Below, one piece after another: positions 9,755 through 23,049 of a DNA stretch of 54,118 bases. The position numbers were made by a program, and so were the translations under genes. Location of the stretch: assembly GCA_032718475.1 (NCBI GenBank), contig JAUCBJ010008477.1, positions 1 to 54,118 of the forward strand, given 5' to 3'. The stretch's first letter is position 1; every line of letters begins with the position of its first letter. The DNA comes from Nemertoderma westbladi. Taxonomy: Eukaryota; Animalia; Xenacoelomorpha. The notes below the pieces were generated by a model. It was not told the DNA's origin, made no database searches, and saw only the letters and a list, made by a program, of their open reading frames with translations.

Positions 9755-10416
9755 TGTCAGGAAATTGCAGTATATTTACAGTTTTACAAAGAATTATCAA
9801 ACGAAGTTTCAACAAGAAACCGAATTAACTAATTTTACAAGATAAACAATGACAACGTGATAACAAGTAGAAGAGAAAGAGAGATATGATAACCGAAGGC
9901 AAACCGGCCTTTTATACTAGAAATTGCACATGGAAACTAAACAGAATTTTCCACAGCTTCACCATTGAGCAATGAAGTGCTTCGTGCTCTATGATTGGCC
10001 CAGCTCATCGTTCAACGCAGTCCGGCCCTTACACTAAATCTGGGACATGGAATCCTAACAGAATTTTCCACTGCCTCACATTTGAGCAATAAGATAATTT
10101 ATGCCCTATGATTGGCCTGGCTCATTATTCGCTACGTTGTACGCTTCTCATTGGCCTACCAATTAGCACCACACGAAAATAAATGGCCCCAAAATACAAA
10201 TTTCCCGACTGGGATTCGAACTCGTAACCTACGTAATGTAACCAACGCCTTAACCATCTTACCACTACGCCACGAGAGTACCTAAGGGTTTTATGTGTAC
10301 AAATATGAATAGGCATATTACATTACTGTAATTTAATCAAAATACGTCGGATTTTCAAAAGTTTTTACGTTAAAGTTAAACTACAAATGCTACCTTATAG
10401 TGAAATAATTCATCAT
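9755..10416 (-). repeat. Putative 5' LTR of BEL element A
   Basis: Minus strand TGATGAAT...CCTGACA just upstream of the PBS; TATA (GTATAAAAG, ~9910-9918); several CCAAT boxes; internal ~85-bp duplication (~9929 and ~10046); abuts the minisatellite. No second LTR in the window, so the right boundary is uncertain. Confidence 0.6.
10200..10279 (-). promoter_or_regulatory. tRNA-like segment with Pol III A box and B box (pseudo-tRNA / SINE-head-like) inside the putative LTR
   Basis: Minus strand TGGCGTAGTGG (A box) ...TGGTTAAGGCG... GAGTTCGAATCC (B box); cloverleaf stems are poor, so it is not called a tRNA. Confidence 0.6.
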
Positions 10417-12704
10417 CCTCTCTGCTATCCCTACACCCACAATGTGTACCAACTCCTCTCTGCTATCTTTACACCATCTATGTGTACCAACTCCTCTCTG
10501 GTATCCCTACACCCTCTATGTCCCAACTCATCTCTGGTATCCCTACACCCTCTATGTCCCAACTCATCTCTGGTATCCCTACACCCTCTATGTCCCAACT
10601 CCTCTCTGCTATCCCTACACCCACAATGTGTACCAACTCCTCTCTGCTATCCTTACACCATCTATGTGTACCAACTCCTCTCTGCTATCCCTACACCCTC
10701 TATGTCCCAACTCCTCTCTGCTATCCCTACACCCTCTATGTCCCAACTCATCTCTGGTATCCCTACACCCTCTATGTCCCAACTCCTCTCTGCTATCCCT
10801 ACACCCTCTATGTCCCAACTCCTCTCTGGTATCCCTACACCCTCTATGTCCCAACTCCTCTCTGCTATCCCTACACCCTCTATGTGTACCAACTCCTCTC
10901 TGGTATTCCTACCATCTCTATGTATGCCAACTCATCTCTTGTATCCATACACCCTCTATATCCCAACTCCTCTATGGTATCCCTACGCCCTTTCTATGTC
11001 CCAACTCCTCTCTGGTATCCCTACACCCTCTATGTCCCAACTCCTCTCTGCTATCCCTACAGCCTCTATGTGTACCAACCCATCTCTGGTATCCCTACCA
11101 TCTCTATGTATGCCAACTCATCTCTTGTATCCATACACCCTCTATGTCCCAAATCCTCTATGGTATCCCTACACCCTTTCTATGTCCCAACTCATCTCTG
11201 GTATCCCTACACCCTCTATGTTCCAACTCCTCTCTGGTATCCCTACACCCTCTATGTACCAACCCCTCTCTGCTATCAATACACTCTCTATGACCCAACT
11301 CCTCCCTGGTATTCCTACACACCCTATGTCCCAACTCCTCTTTGGTATCCCTACACCATCTACGTGTCCCAACTCCTCTCTGCTACTGCCATCCCTACAC
11401 CCTCTATGTGTTCCAACTCCTCTCTGGTATCCCTACACCCTCTATGTGTACCAACTCCTCTCTGGTTTCCCTACACCCTCTATGTGTACCAACTCCTCTC
11501 TGATTTTCCTACACTCCCTTATGTGTACCACCTCCTCTCTGGTATCCCTACACCCTCTATGTGTACCAAATCCTCTCTGGTATCCCTACACCCTCTATGT
11601 GTAACAACTCCTATCTGGTATCCCTACACCCTATATGTGTACCAACTCCTCTCTGGTATCCCTACACCCTCTATGTGTACCAACTCCTCTCTGGTATCCC
11701 TAAACCCTCTATGTGTACCAACTCCTCTCTGGTATCCCTACACCCTCTATGTCCCAACTCCTCTCTGGTATCCCTACACCCTCTATGTGTACCAACTCCT
11801 ATCTGGTATCCCTACACCCTCTATGTGTACCAACTCCTCTCTGATTTCCCTATACCATCTATGTGTACCAACTCCTATCTGGTATCCCTACACCCTCAAT
11901 GTGTACCAACTCCACTCTGGTATCCCTACATCCTCTATGTGTACCAACTCTTCTCTGGTATCCCTACACCCTTTATGTGTACCAACTCTTGGTAGCACTA
12001 CACCCTCTGTGTACCAACTCCTCTCTGGTATCCATACACCCTCTCTGCGCCCCAACTCCTTTCTGGTATACCTACACTCAATATGTCCCAACTCCTCTCT
12101 GATTTCCCTACACCTTCTATGTGTACCAACTCCTCTCTGATTTCTCTACACCTTCTACGTGTACCAACTCCTATCTGGTATCCCTACACATTCTATGTGT
12201 ACCAACTCCTCTCTAGTATCCCTACACCCTCTATGTGTACCAACTCCTCTCTGATTTCTCTACACCTTCTATGTGTACCAACTCGCATATGGTATCCCTA
12301 CACATTCTATGTGTACCAACTCCTCTCTGGTATCCCTACACACTCTATGTGTACCAACTCCACTCTGGTGTCCCTCCACCCTCTATGTGTACCAACTCCT
12401 CTTTGATTTCTCTACACCTTATATGTGTCCCAACTCCTGTCTGATTTCCCTACACCTTCTATGTGTACCAACTCCTCTCTGATTTCTCTACACCCTCTAT
12501 GTGTACCAACTCCTCTTTGGTATCCCTACACACTCTATGTGTACCAACTCCTCTCTGGTATCCCTACACACTCTATGTGTACCAACTCCTCTCTGCTATC
12601 CTTATACCCTCTATGTCCCAACTCCTCTCTGCTATCCCTACACCCGCTCTATGTCCCAACTCCTCTCTGGTATCCTTACACCCTCTATGTGTACCAACTC
12701 CTCT
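10417..12704. repeat. 36/38-bp minisatellite (~60 units; consensus TATGT(GTA/C)CCAACTCCTCTCTGGTATCCCTACACCCTC)
   Basis: Obvious tandem periodicity with two length variants. Confidence 0.97.
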
Positions 12705-15700
12705 CATTTCCACCGATCTCACTAAACCATCATCGGATATATGAGTCTCGATGATACGACCTGTCTGCCACCTCTTACGGGGAAGATCTGCGTCCACAAT
12801 GAGGACCATGTCTCCGGCGCAGACATTTTCTTGCTGCACAAATGGTCAGCGAAACGACGGGATAATAACTGCATAAGTTGCCAAGTTTGATGGCAGTACT
12901 CATCACCATCCGTTATTTCTGACTGCTGGAGCATGGCTACAGGTTTCTTTAGCAGGAAATGCGCGGGTGTTAACGCTTCTAGGGAGTCTGGACTCGATGA
13001 GACTGGCATAAGCGGACTCTCGTTGAGATAGGCGGCTATTTCCTCCATTAACGTCCTCAAAAGTTCGCATACGCGTGGCACGGCACTACAAAGTGAAATG
13101 CGGTCCTCACGCTACGTATGAGTCTCTCCCAACTTCCTCCCCACCAATGGGCGTCAGCGGCGTTGAAGGTCCAGCTAGATGCTGTTACTCTCAGCTGATC
13201 GGACACCTATTTTGGTTCCAATCGTTTACGTAAGCTTTAATCTCGTTGTTGGCTCCAATGAAATTAGTACCTTTGTCAGATCTCATAGTGTTGCTAGTCC
13301 CAAAATGAGCGATTTGTCGGTGTAAACTCAGTATGAAGCTGTTGGTAGATAGATCGTTCACCATATCAAGATGGATCGCTTTACAAGTCATACAAACAAA
13401 GATGACGCACCATTGATTGACTATAGTCCTTTGCGCGATACACTTCAATAGGGCCAAATAAATCCACACCAGTATTGGTAAAGGGTGGTTCATAACAGCT
13501 TACTCTTTCCCTAGGTAATAATTCTGCCTCTCGCTGTGTTAAAGGCCTACTAAATGCTTTCCTACATGTATACAGTTCCTAAGAACTTGGTCTAAAGCTC
13601 TACGGGGCTTATGGAAATAATAGCGAGTTCGAATTTCGCTAAGAACTCGTTCTCTACCAGCGTGGTAAAGCTTACTGTGAACATCTACTATCATCTTGAT
13701 TTGTATTTCAAGATTTCTAATTAGTATGGGAAACTTAGTGTCAAAGGACAATGGAGCATTGGTTATTAACAACCAATGCTCCATTGTCCTTTGACCAATG
13801 GTTAATCTCCCTCCGACACGTATTAGCCCATCTATCATTGTGCTAGAAAAAGAACCCCTTAAGCGCATCTGTGGATTTCTCAACAACAGGAAATACTTTT
13901 TGGAATTCTCGTAACATTACAGGAGTCTCAGTATCTGCTTGTTGGTATCATCATGTTCTTTGAAACTGATCTTCTCAGTTAGAAACTTATTAGGTAGCTG
14001 ATAAGTGGGAAGATCTTTTGGTAGCATGGACCCTTTCAGCTACTTCCGAAGTGGTGTCATTAGCGATCTTCGTCCTAGAATAGTGATGATGGAAACATCG
14101 CTTTAAATACACAATGGCTTTGCAAAGCCGATTCCAGGAGCTATAATGAGCCATCACTCTCTGGATGAGAGGAGAGAGTCTTTTTGAGACGTCTGGTGTT
14201 CCAGATTTCCAATCTCTTTCCCTTATTTCTATGACGGATTTATTTGGGTTTCGAGTAACGTCTATGGATTTTGGTCGATTAGGATCCACAGTGGCATCAC
14301 CGGCGGTGTGTAGTACAGACAGATCTATCGGTGATTTAAACAGCTTTGATTTAATCATCCGGGTTTTTGGTTTGACCTTTTCTGCTCCTTTGGCTTGTCT
14401 GATGATCTCCTCTGTGGTGAGATGAGGGGGCCATTCCTCCCTTCTTTACTTAGGAAGTCGGGGCCACCTAACCAATCTGGAGTGTCTATCAGTGCTTGAG
14501 GAGTTGCTCCTCTGGAGGCGATGTCGGCTGGATTAATCGTCCCAGGGCAATGTCTCCATTGATCTATATTAGTGCGACTGAGTATAATAGCTACTCGGTT
14601 GGTAACAAAGACGCTGAACGGACAGACTTCATTAGTGATATATTCCAGAACGAGTCCAATAGACAGTTTTTTCTAGTGGATATTCGATCTATTCCATTAC
14701 ATTCCGACCAATGGCTGTAGCGTATAGTGCCGCTTTTAACTCCGCTCGCGGAACCGCAGTTTGTTGTTTATCAGGGCCTTGGAGGAGGCTAATGAAACTT
14801 TAATTCCACCAGGAGTTTCAACCCTCAGTTAGGCTACTATACCTATTCCAATATCGCTGGCATCTCCAAAAACATGGAGTTGATAGGAATACGTGGGGAG
14901 AACGTGACCGAAATACGAGCGGGAAATCTTAAAGTTCTCGATAGATGGTAAAGAATCCTCCCACTTCATCCACTTCTTTAGCAGTTCTCCCTGGAGTGGA
15001 TCATCCCAAGAGTGGTTTTTGAGCCACATTTGTTGCACCAGACTCCGAGCAACTAGGATGATGGGACTAATGAATCCCAATGGGTCGAAGTAAGTTCTCA
15101 GAATACTCCATACTCCATTTAGTTCGAACAGGGTTTTCGCGTTGTTTCAGTTGGAAAAATAAAATGTCTCTCTCCGTGTCCCATTTCAGTCCAAGGGTCT
15201 TAGTTTCGGGGAGATCGTCCCTAATGAGGTCAAGATCTTTAACACCTCTGTCTTCCACTGGGATTGATTCCAGGAACTCACGGGAGTTACTAGTGAATTT
15301 GGTTAGGCGAAATCCACCTCATTGTAAGCACTCCACTGTTCCCTTGGCAACATCGATTGCTTCTTCCACCGATGGGAGGGACTTTAGGTTGTCATCCATA
15401 TAAATATCCCATTTGATGTTGTCGATAACCGCTTTAGAGAAGGCATCTCTATTATTGTCGGCAGTGGTGCGCACTACAGAACAAGCGTTCGAGGGGCTAG
15501 ATATGATCCCAAAAGCCTGGATGGTCATCCAGTACTCTACCGGTTCTTGGCTGAGGTTTCCTTCAGGCCACCACAGAAATCTTAGGCTATCTCAATCCCT
15601 AGATAACGCTTTAACTTATAGAAATGTGCCTTCAATGTCGGAGGCAAAGGCGATAGAATATTGCTGTAGTCGTAATAATATTCCCAATAAAGATTGGAGT

Positions 15701-18700
15701 AAGTTGGGTCCCAGCAACAGTTCTGAGTTTAGGGATTGTCCCATATAAATGGCGGAGCCGTCGAATACTACCCAGACTTCATTTGGTTTCCCGTGCTTAG
15801 GAACGTAATGATGTGTCAAGTAATACGTTCTTTCCGTTATGGGTGTTTCCTCCGGAACTCATTCCGCGTATCCTTTATCAATGAATTTCTTTAGTTGCGT
15901 CTTATACATCTCTTTGGCTCGATCGTTAGATGATAAGCGCCGATGCAATTGTTTGATTCTCTTTACAGCTAAAGGTCGGTTATTAACGAAGCTGGGTACT
16001 CTTCGCCTAAAAAGCAGACCAATCTTGTAACGACCCTCCTTCTTTATATAACGAGTAGTCGTCACCTGGATTTGTTTAGCTCTCTCTTCCTTGACTGATA
16101 AAGCTTTATCGTAGGAATTAGGCTCTACAGCTTCTTGAGTAAAGAATCGCACTGCGTGTTCATCACGATCTTATCATTATATCGCTCTACCACCTCATTA
16201 AGATCGTCGTCGTAAGTCGATAGTTCGTTATTTTGACATATGAGATTACACAAATTTAAACGGTTTCCTCACACTCCCTTACCTGGTGGACTTGCTCACT
16301 TTCCAACCTCTCTTTGGAAGTCCTGTAGGAAGGTCTCGTGAAATACCAACCTACTCTAGTTCTTCCCGCATAAGTTTGCAATGGTAGCGGACGAGCAGGC
16401 CGTTTCTCAATAGTTTCTAGTGCTTCGTGCGCGTTCTGACCGAGCAGTATCTGTACCCCTGGGTAATCTGTTCTTGTAAAAGCTTTTGCGGACATAACAA
16501 GTAATTTTTACGCAATGCGCAGAATACTCTAAAATAGCCCTAAATTTATCCAACTACGTGACGGGAAGGAATTAGAACCAAGATGACGAAATCTGTCAGC
16601 TGATTCTTTGTGGACGTGGAGGTTCTTTGTTCTGCCTTATTCAGCCAATCAGAGCAATTTTCACTTTATGTCTAACAGAAACCTATGGAAACTCGCCACA
16701 ATGCATTACGGTCTTTGTTTACTATTTTCTGAGCATCAGAGCCAGCTCGGAATTTTCTGTGCTTCTGTGCGGAAGTTTCAGACTTTGCCCTAGGAACATC
16801 AGATGGCCTTGGATATAAGAACGTAAAACTATTAACATGTCATCCTGCATCATACCTGGACCACTGCTTAAGTAACACATACTGACTGTTCACCGCATTA
16901 TTTTACTTCTGTTTACGGTCTTTTATTAATTGTTGTTATATTAATGGATATTGCTGTTATATTTGGAGAATACCAATAAATAATCATAAACCCCTCAATC
17001 TTCTTGATTACTGAGGTAAGAGGAACAGGTTTACCGGTAGCAACTGCTTAAATTATAGTGGTTTTGTGTGAATTAAATGCTATTTCATAATCCCTACGTG
17101 TGTCAGTTGCGATCCTCCTTATATATGATCAAATTCAGTAACGGTCGGCAGATTAGTGCGAACTAGTGTGAAGTAGTGTGAAGTAGTGTGAAGTTGTGTG
17201 AAGGTTAATAAAGCATCTCCTAAAGAATGCGCTATTTACGAAACTCTGTGGCCATCTAGTTGTGATTAGTATAAGTCATAACTCTGTTTTTATACTTAAA
17301 GCGCCACGTCCTAAAGGCCTAATATTTCCCCGAAAGTGAATATAGTTGTCAGAGATTATATAGTAGCGATCAATCGAATAATACAGTAGGTCTACACTGC
17401 AATCACTCCCAAGGAATCCGAATCCAGTCTCCCACACCGTGGGTCATACGCCGCGCACAGACTGGCTTCGGCTGATGTAACTTCAGTACACTAGGTAATT
17501 GATAAAAGGCTAAAGTCGATTTATAAACAAGAGGACAACTAAAATTGGCAGGTTAAACTGCTAAAGGTCTAAAAGCGCGAACAGTTCTGAATCTAGGAAC
17601 GTTGTATTGCTGGGTGTGGTCTTCATCCCAGTCGTATGGCTCTACTTGGCTAGTAGCAAAGTTCTTTATTGCCACAATTTTAACTGACCTTACACTGTTC
17701 TCGCCTGATTCGTCTTGGGGAGTGGACAACGATCCTGTGTAGAAATCCATGGATACAGTAGATTTCCAAACCTGCATAATCCCGGAAAGGTTCAGTTTGG
17801 TTTGGAACCTTTGTTGACCAGCAAATATATCTTCGGCCAGATCCCTATCGATGAAGGTGCCTGTACTACCGGTATCAAGGAGGGCATTTACTATAAGGCT
17901 TGTCCATGTACTCTAAGTTGCACCACTGGGAACTCTCTGATACCGACAGATGGTTGCGAAACCTTCCATGAAAGCTGTCGATCTGGAATGGATAGTTGGG
18001 GTTCCTCTCCATCCATCGCTACCTCATAAGTAAGGGCTCGATATACGGCTGTGTTGATCATATAACAAGATTCATTTTCATCAGAAAACTCATCCGTATA
18101 GTATCCTTCCATCTCCGAACTATGGTCCTTGTCGTTCACATCACTGAACTGTACGTGCAGTTCGGGTTCACTTACCTTATCGAACTCGGTGTGCAGTAGG
18201 ATATGATGTTTCGCTCCACACTTAGCACACCTCACGTCTGAGTAACAGGTTTTCCTTTGATGTCCTCTCCTGAGGCAATTGTAACATAAAACCTTTTATC
18301 CCAAGTGACACTGCGTCTGCCTTTCAATTCTTTCTTATGTCCTTACCTTTACTCGTGTAATAAGTTCTTTCGGTGTCTTTGCCACTATCTTCGTCATAAG
18401 ACGTTTGACTCTCATAATCGGTATAACACACTGGTGTTAGCTTTCTCCTAGTAACGGGTTTTTCTCTTACCTTGGTTTCCGGAGTCTTTTCTCTAGACTG
18501 TTTTATTAGCTGTAATCTTACCTCTCCGTTTAAGAACGACATAAGGTCCGCCATGGTTGGATCTCTATGTTGTTGGTCCATCAAGTATAGAACCCTTTTG
18601 TCCCAGCAAGTACCTAATTACGGCCCTTACAACCATAGAACTTTGGTATTCATGAGACTTACCAACCAGTCTAACTGTCTACAGATCTCTTGAATCTCAT

Positions 18701-18896
18701 CGGAAAACTCTATAATCCCGCTGCTAAGAAACTTCCTGGGCGCTTCTAATTTCGCATACAGATATCTAGCTATGTTAGTCCTGTTACCATACCTGATGTT
18801 AAGTGTATCCCAGACTTGTCTCAATCCGTCCGGATGTCCAATAAATTTTAACGCCATTAACTTGGGAGGACCTTCCAAGCACTCGATGAGGAATGT
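12705..18896 (-). pseudogene. Decayed BEL/Pao gag-pol (element B1), many stops and frameshifts, interrupted by a solo LTR
   Basis: Fragments: DUF1759-like FLIECLEGPPKLMA; zinc knuckle CAKCGAKHHILLH; protease; RT (THHYVPK..VVFDGSA, IYMDDNLKS); RNase H (QLHVFGDAS); integrase (HAGRERVL, CKAIHLDMV, SDKGTNFIGA, EALTPAHFL); C-terminal GDMVLIVD..RWQTGRI. Confidence 0.92.
16475..17583 (+). mobile_element. Solo LTR (1109 bp) with 5-bp TSD GTTCT
   Basis: TGTAAAAG...GCGAACA flanked by GTTCT at 16470-16474 and 17584-17588. Removing it restores the host peptide VPRFRTDYPGVQ (compare IPRFNTDYPGVQ in element B2). Homologous to 41522-42651 in inverted orientation. Confidence 0.93.
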
Positions 18897-18945
18897 TGTC
18901 AATTGTATGAGACATTTTCTGGCGTCGTGTCATATAAAATGTAAT

Positions 18946-18998
18946 GTGTGTGTGTGTGTGTGGGTGTGTGTGTGCGTAGGTGTGTGTGTGTGTGTGTG
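18946..18998. repeat. Interrupted (TG)n microsatellite
   Basis: Direct reading. Confidence 0.9.
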
Positions 18999-20855
18999 GG
19001 AAGCCATAAATGTCGGAAGCCATAATCGAAGTTAATATCTTCAGCTAAATTGTATGGTTGAGTCATTTTGAACGGTCTTTCAATGGAAATTAATTGTTTA
19101 GCACCATACGATTAAAGTTATTTTGCACAGAAATTAGATATCTGGAATCCATGTACCCCATTCCATTATAGTTTTTTATTTTTTCAAGTGATTTGCGTTA
19201 ATAAATGTATTTTTAATTGATTTAAACATAATTAACATTGTAAATTCATACGCTGATTCCATTCTCCCCCATAGAGCCTAAGGCATGGCAAGGGCAGCCG
19301 TGCCCATGCCCAATAATATTTCTTGAAGTTTTACATTAGTAACATTGCAAGCTAAAGTCTTTGACCAAGCCAGTGCCTAGGCTAGTACACAAGGACATAG
19401 TAGTCCAGTAGAAGGAATAGTGCTCCTTCAATACATCTCAACAGACATCAATTCATTTGCCTGGGCCTACCAACGCGTGCTCCATAACATAACACGTTCG
19501 TGGGGCCTTCGCGCAGCACGAGGCCCAGTTATGAGATACAAATTAAAATTGTGCGACTGTATCACAAAATCAGGTTATGAGAGATTAACCCTCACCACCA
19601 ATTAATCAAAGAAAGGGGGACAGTACGTGTTCACCCCTTTTAATCTGCCCCCCCCCATCCCCCCAATACATAACCGCGACATCTACCACCCACGGAAGGG
19701 TAGCACGAACTTATTTCCAAACGCACGTTCAATATGCAAAGCCAGGTGGTTTATAGGAATATAATCAATTCAGTAATCGTCTTCATTATAAGCCTCTTTG
19801 CGTTCGACCTGTTTTGTATTAAAATATATTTATTAAACGCATGCTGACGCTCTTTATAATAATAATACCTAGGGATGCCAGCTTCCAGACTTTCAATCTT
19901 TACTGCCGTGCAAACCCCGCAGAGGAAGTTTTGGTTTGAGAGATCAAGCCCATCGGCAATTGGTGTTTCAATTTCGGTCCAGGAACTCTGACAATGGGAG
20001 CATTAAATCTTAGCTGTGGTCCATTCCCGTGGTTTCGGCTTCCTTTTCTTCGTCCCAATGACAGATTCTTCTGAAGACGTTCGATTCGCTTTCAGTTTAT
20101 TATTGGCGTTTGTGTTTTGAAGTTGTATTCGAGTGGACAGTCGTGCCGGTTTCGAGGTAACCTGTGATAAGCGTTGGTTTTGTTGAGTGCCGGTATTCCA
20201 GTATTCATCTTCTCTCACCTCTTCAATGTCAGATGTTGCAAATACTGATAACACGAATAACGGTATATATTTCAATACTTGTCAATAGTAATATAGATAA
20301 TTTAGATAACTATTTTATATCTGTACTGTTGAGCAAACTCTACATAAATTCCAACCTGTGTATCGCCAGTAGTGCTGTTGCTGTGCAACAGTGCAAGTGC
20401 TGAAGTGCTAGTTGCCACCGGTCAGCCGGTACCGGTAGTAGGGTGGTACCTACGGTGCGCACTACAACGGCAGTACAGCAATACGGTGTACCGTGCCAAT
20501 GACTGAATGATTAGCGGTACCTATCTAAACTATTATATTATTATTACCGGTACTGGGCTAATTAGGCCTAAACTATAATCACCGCAAGGATTGCCGGGGC
20601 CATGTTTAATTAGATTACATGATATGGCATGTCTGCAGTGTATGGTACCGACTGACCAGTACTGCAGTATTGACTGATTGCAGAATTCTCGATTCAGGGA
20701 TTGAGTACAGCCTGACAGTACCGGTACACATGGTACATAGGTGTATTGCAAAATTTGTCAGAAACCCAGCTGATTTATCCTACAGTAATAATAATTTAAC
20801 GCATTTTAATTTTGGATAAATTAATTTATTATAACTGCAATAACAGTTACACTGC

Positions 20856-21075
20856 TGCTGCACGAAGGCCCCACGCAAATTCTACTTGGAAAATTTTCAA
20901 ACTTTTGCCAAACAACATGTGTACCAAGTTTGGATAGATTTCATCAATGATTGGCCGAGTTATTAACGTTTAAAATAAAATACTGAAAAAAACGCGACAG
21001 AACGACAGAACGACAGGTTGATTAATGGTACCCCTACGCTAAGGCTCACTCACTTCGTGGCTCGCCCCACATATA
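20856..21075. mobile_element. Possible non-autonomous Helentron/HINE-like (or MITE) fragment
   Basis: The 20-nt end matches 19499-19518 in inverted orientation (19/20); short GACAGAAC repeats; terminal GTGGCTCGCCCCAC also found inverted at ~46996. Family assignment by resemblance only. Confidence 0.35.
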
Positions 21076-23049
21076 TTCTTGATTTCCATCACCTCTCACC
21101 ACAATTATTATTAGTAATTAAAAGTTTCAATTCGGTTTGTCTTTCCGTTATCTGGTTATTCAGTTATTGCATTATTAATAAACTAGAAAGCACTTTCTAG
21201 TTACACCGCAAAGCTGGCACAAAGTGAGAAATTAAGTGTTATCAATGGAATAAAAGTCATATGAACTGAACTGCCTTTGGGAATTTCTGCTTAATGAGTT
21301 TCCCCAGTGACAATAATAATAAGATATTATAATTCTTTATAATAACCAAATTTAATTGATTACCAAATCATTCTGAACAAAATAATTAATTTCAACCAAT
21401 AAAAGTTGTAAACTACACAATTATGCAATGGAATAACAAATGAGACAATTGATTCCAGATGAGATCCGGCCAAAAAATCGACGTGGCTCAAATTTTTCAG
21501 TTACTATTCTTCCATTCCGAGCTCGGATTACATGTGACCCGCTTGTAGATAATTTATCTGGGCACGGACTCACGAATCAATCTCCAGTGTCGCCAGGTAG
21601 AGAATTTGTAGTCCCCATTCATGAAGCATATCAATTACAATCGGGTGACTCCATTGGTTGCTTCTTTCAATGCGTAGTGAAGGTTATCAGGATGGCCAAC
21701 ACTTGAAGAAGCTACTTGAGAGTTGGGCATGTAAAAAACATGGCTCATATAACCATATGCGTACCTTCTTCAGGGTCTGATCCTGACTCTTTTTAATGGT
21801 CATGGCGAAGGCCAGGTCGTACAGGAAACTGTCGCCGCGTCCATTTCAGGGGAAAATCTCATTCGTTGGTCGTTAGTCGGATGCGGGGGATTAGACCCTT
21901 GTCCCGCCGCGGCCGCATTTTCTGCAGAATATTATAAATAATTAGTTATTACATGGGAAAAAAGTATAACTTTTTTTCACTATTCTCGGTGCATTTCATT
22001 TACTGAGTGTCAGCGAGGTTAATAAAGGGTTGAGATAATATTGAAATAAAATTAGCTACGTTTTTTCCTATGTAAAACGAAAATTTATTCTTAAATTTAT
22101 ACTTTTTTGATGCAGCTCAATTCTTTAATAGAAGATAGAGTAATATAGCGTTACAAAATATATTGAAATGAGTATTTTACTATATATATTGCCTCCATAT
22201 TGTTACTGCGATTCAAATTACTGAACTCTTCAACTCCTGATGCTGACTTCTCAATGTTAAATAATTTAGTGTTCTCGAATATTTATTACGTAACTAAAGA
22301 GCCGCTTAACTACATAAGCCAATTTTGGATATTGAGTTCCGTTTTGCAGATCGACTTGCAGACTTTAAAGTTGCAATAACTTTTGAGTGTGAGCATATGG
22401 ATTTTGCTCAAATTACGTGCAAACCTTTTCTGCGTCGATGCTCTTTCGACACATGTAATATAATAAAAAAAAATTCTACCAAAAATATTTTAGTTTACTT
22501 TTTTTCGCCGGGAAAAAAAGTAAAATCAATGCAATCCTATGGCTTACTTTTTTCCATAGGGAAAAAATGAAACTTTTTCTCCAGATTTTATGTGAATATA
22601 TGATATATGTAATGAAATACAGAAATACTGAAATAGCGAGCGAAATGCTGAAATGAGCTGATTTATTCTAAACTTTTCTGATATAAAATGCGCCTGTTAC
22701 CGGTAACTATATAAATAATTGAGGTCTTCTTTTCTTGCCTTTAAACAAATATTAATTATAATTATTAAAATATAAATATAATTATTAAAATACCTTGATG
22801 TGCAAGCTTGGGACGCAGGGGATTCGTGCCGTCTCTTCTCAGCAACCTTCTTCTTTGTTGATTTCGAAGCAGTAATGCGTGCTTTTTGCTAGTGAGGCAT
22901 TATCAGATTATACTCAGTATGTCATAACGGTCAATAAAAAATGATTTTATAATCCAGTAAACACAAAAGCAATATACTGATACTGCAGTACTGACATACA
23001 ATAATAAACATAAGGCTTTATGTTGTAGTAGATACCTACCAAGTAACAC

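Larger units (their letters stand above)
1..10416 (-). mobile_element. BEL/Pao LTR retrotransposon A (5' part: LTR, PBS, long leader, gag-pol)
   Basis: Intact gag-pol, TGG-starting PBS at 9744-9721 and an upstream TG...CA-bounded LTR-like segment. Confidence 0.85.

Noticed and set aside
10200-10279. Functional tRNA gene
   Set aside because: A and B boxes are present, but acceptor, anticodon and T stems do not pair properly.
10387-12754. Long + strand ORFs (up to 552 aa)
   Set aside because: Artefacts of a stop-poor minisatellite, open in all three frames with permuted repeats.
19870-22900. Host exons or transposase remnants (short ORFs 20003-20275 and 21440-21706; TAGGGATG at ~19870)
   Set aside because: No recognisable domain, partner TIR or consistent splice structure; probably decayed DNA-transposon sequence, but I cannot support a call.
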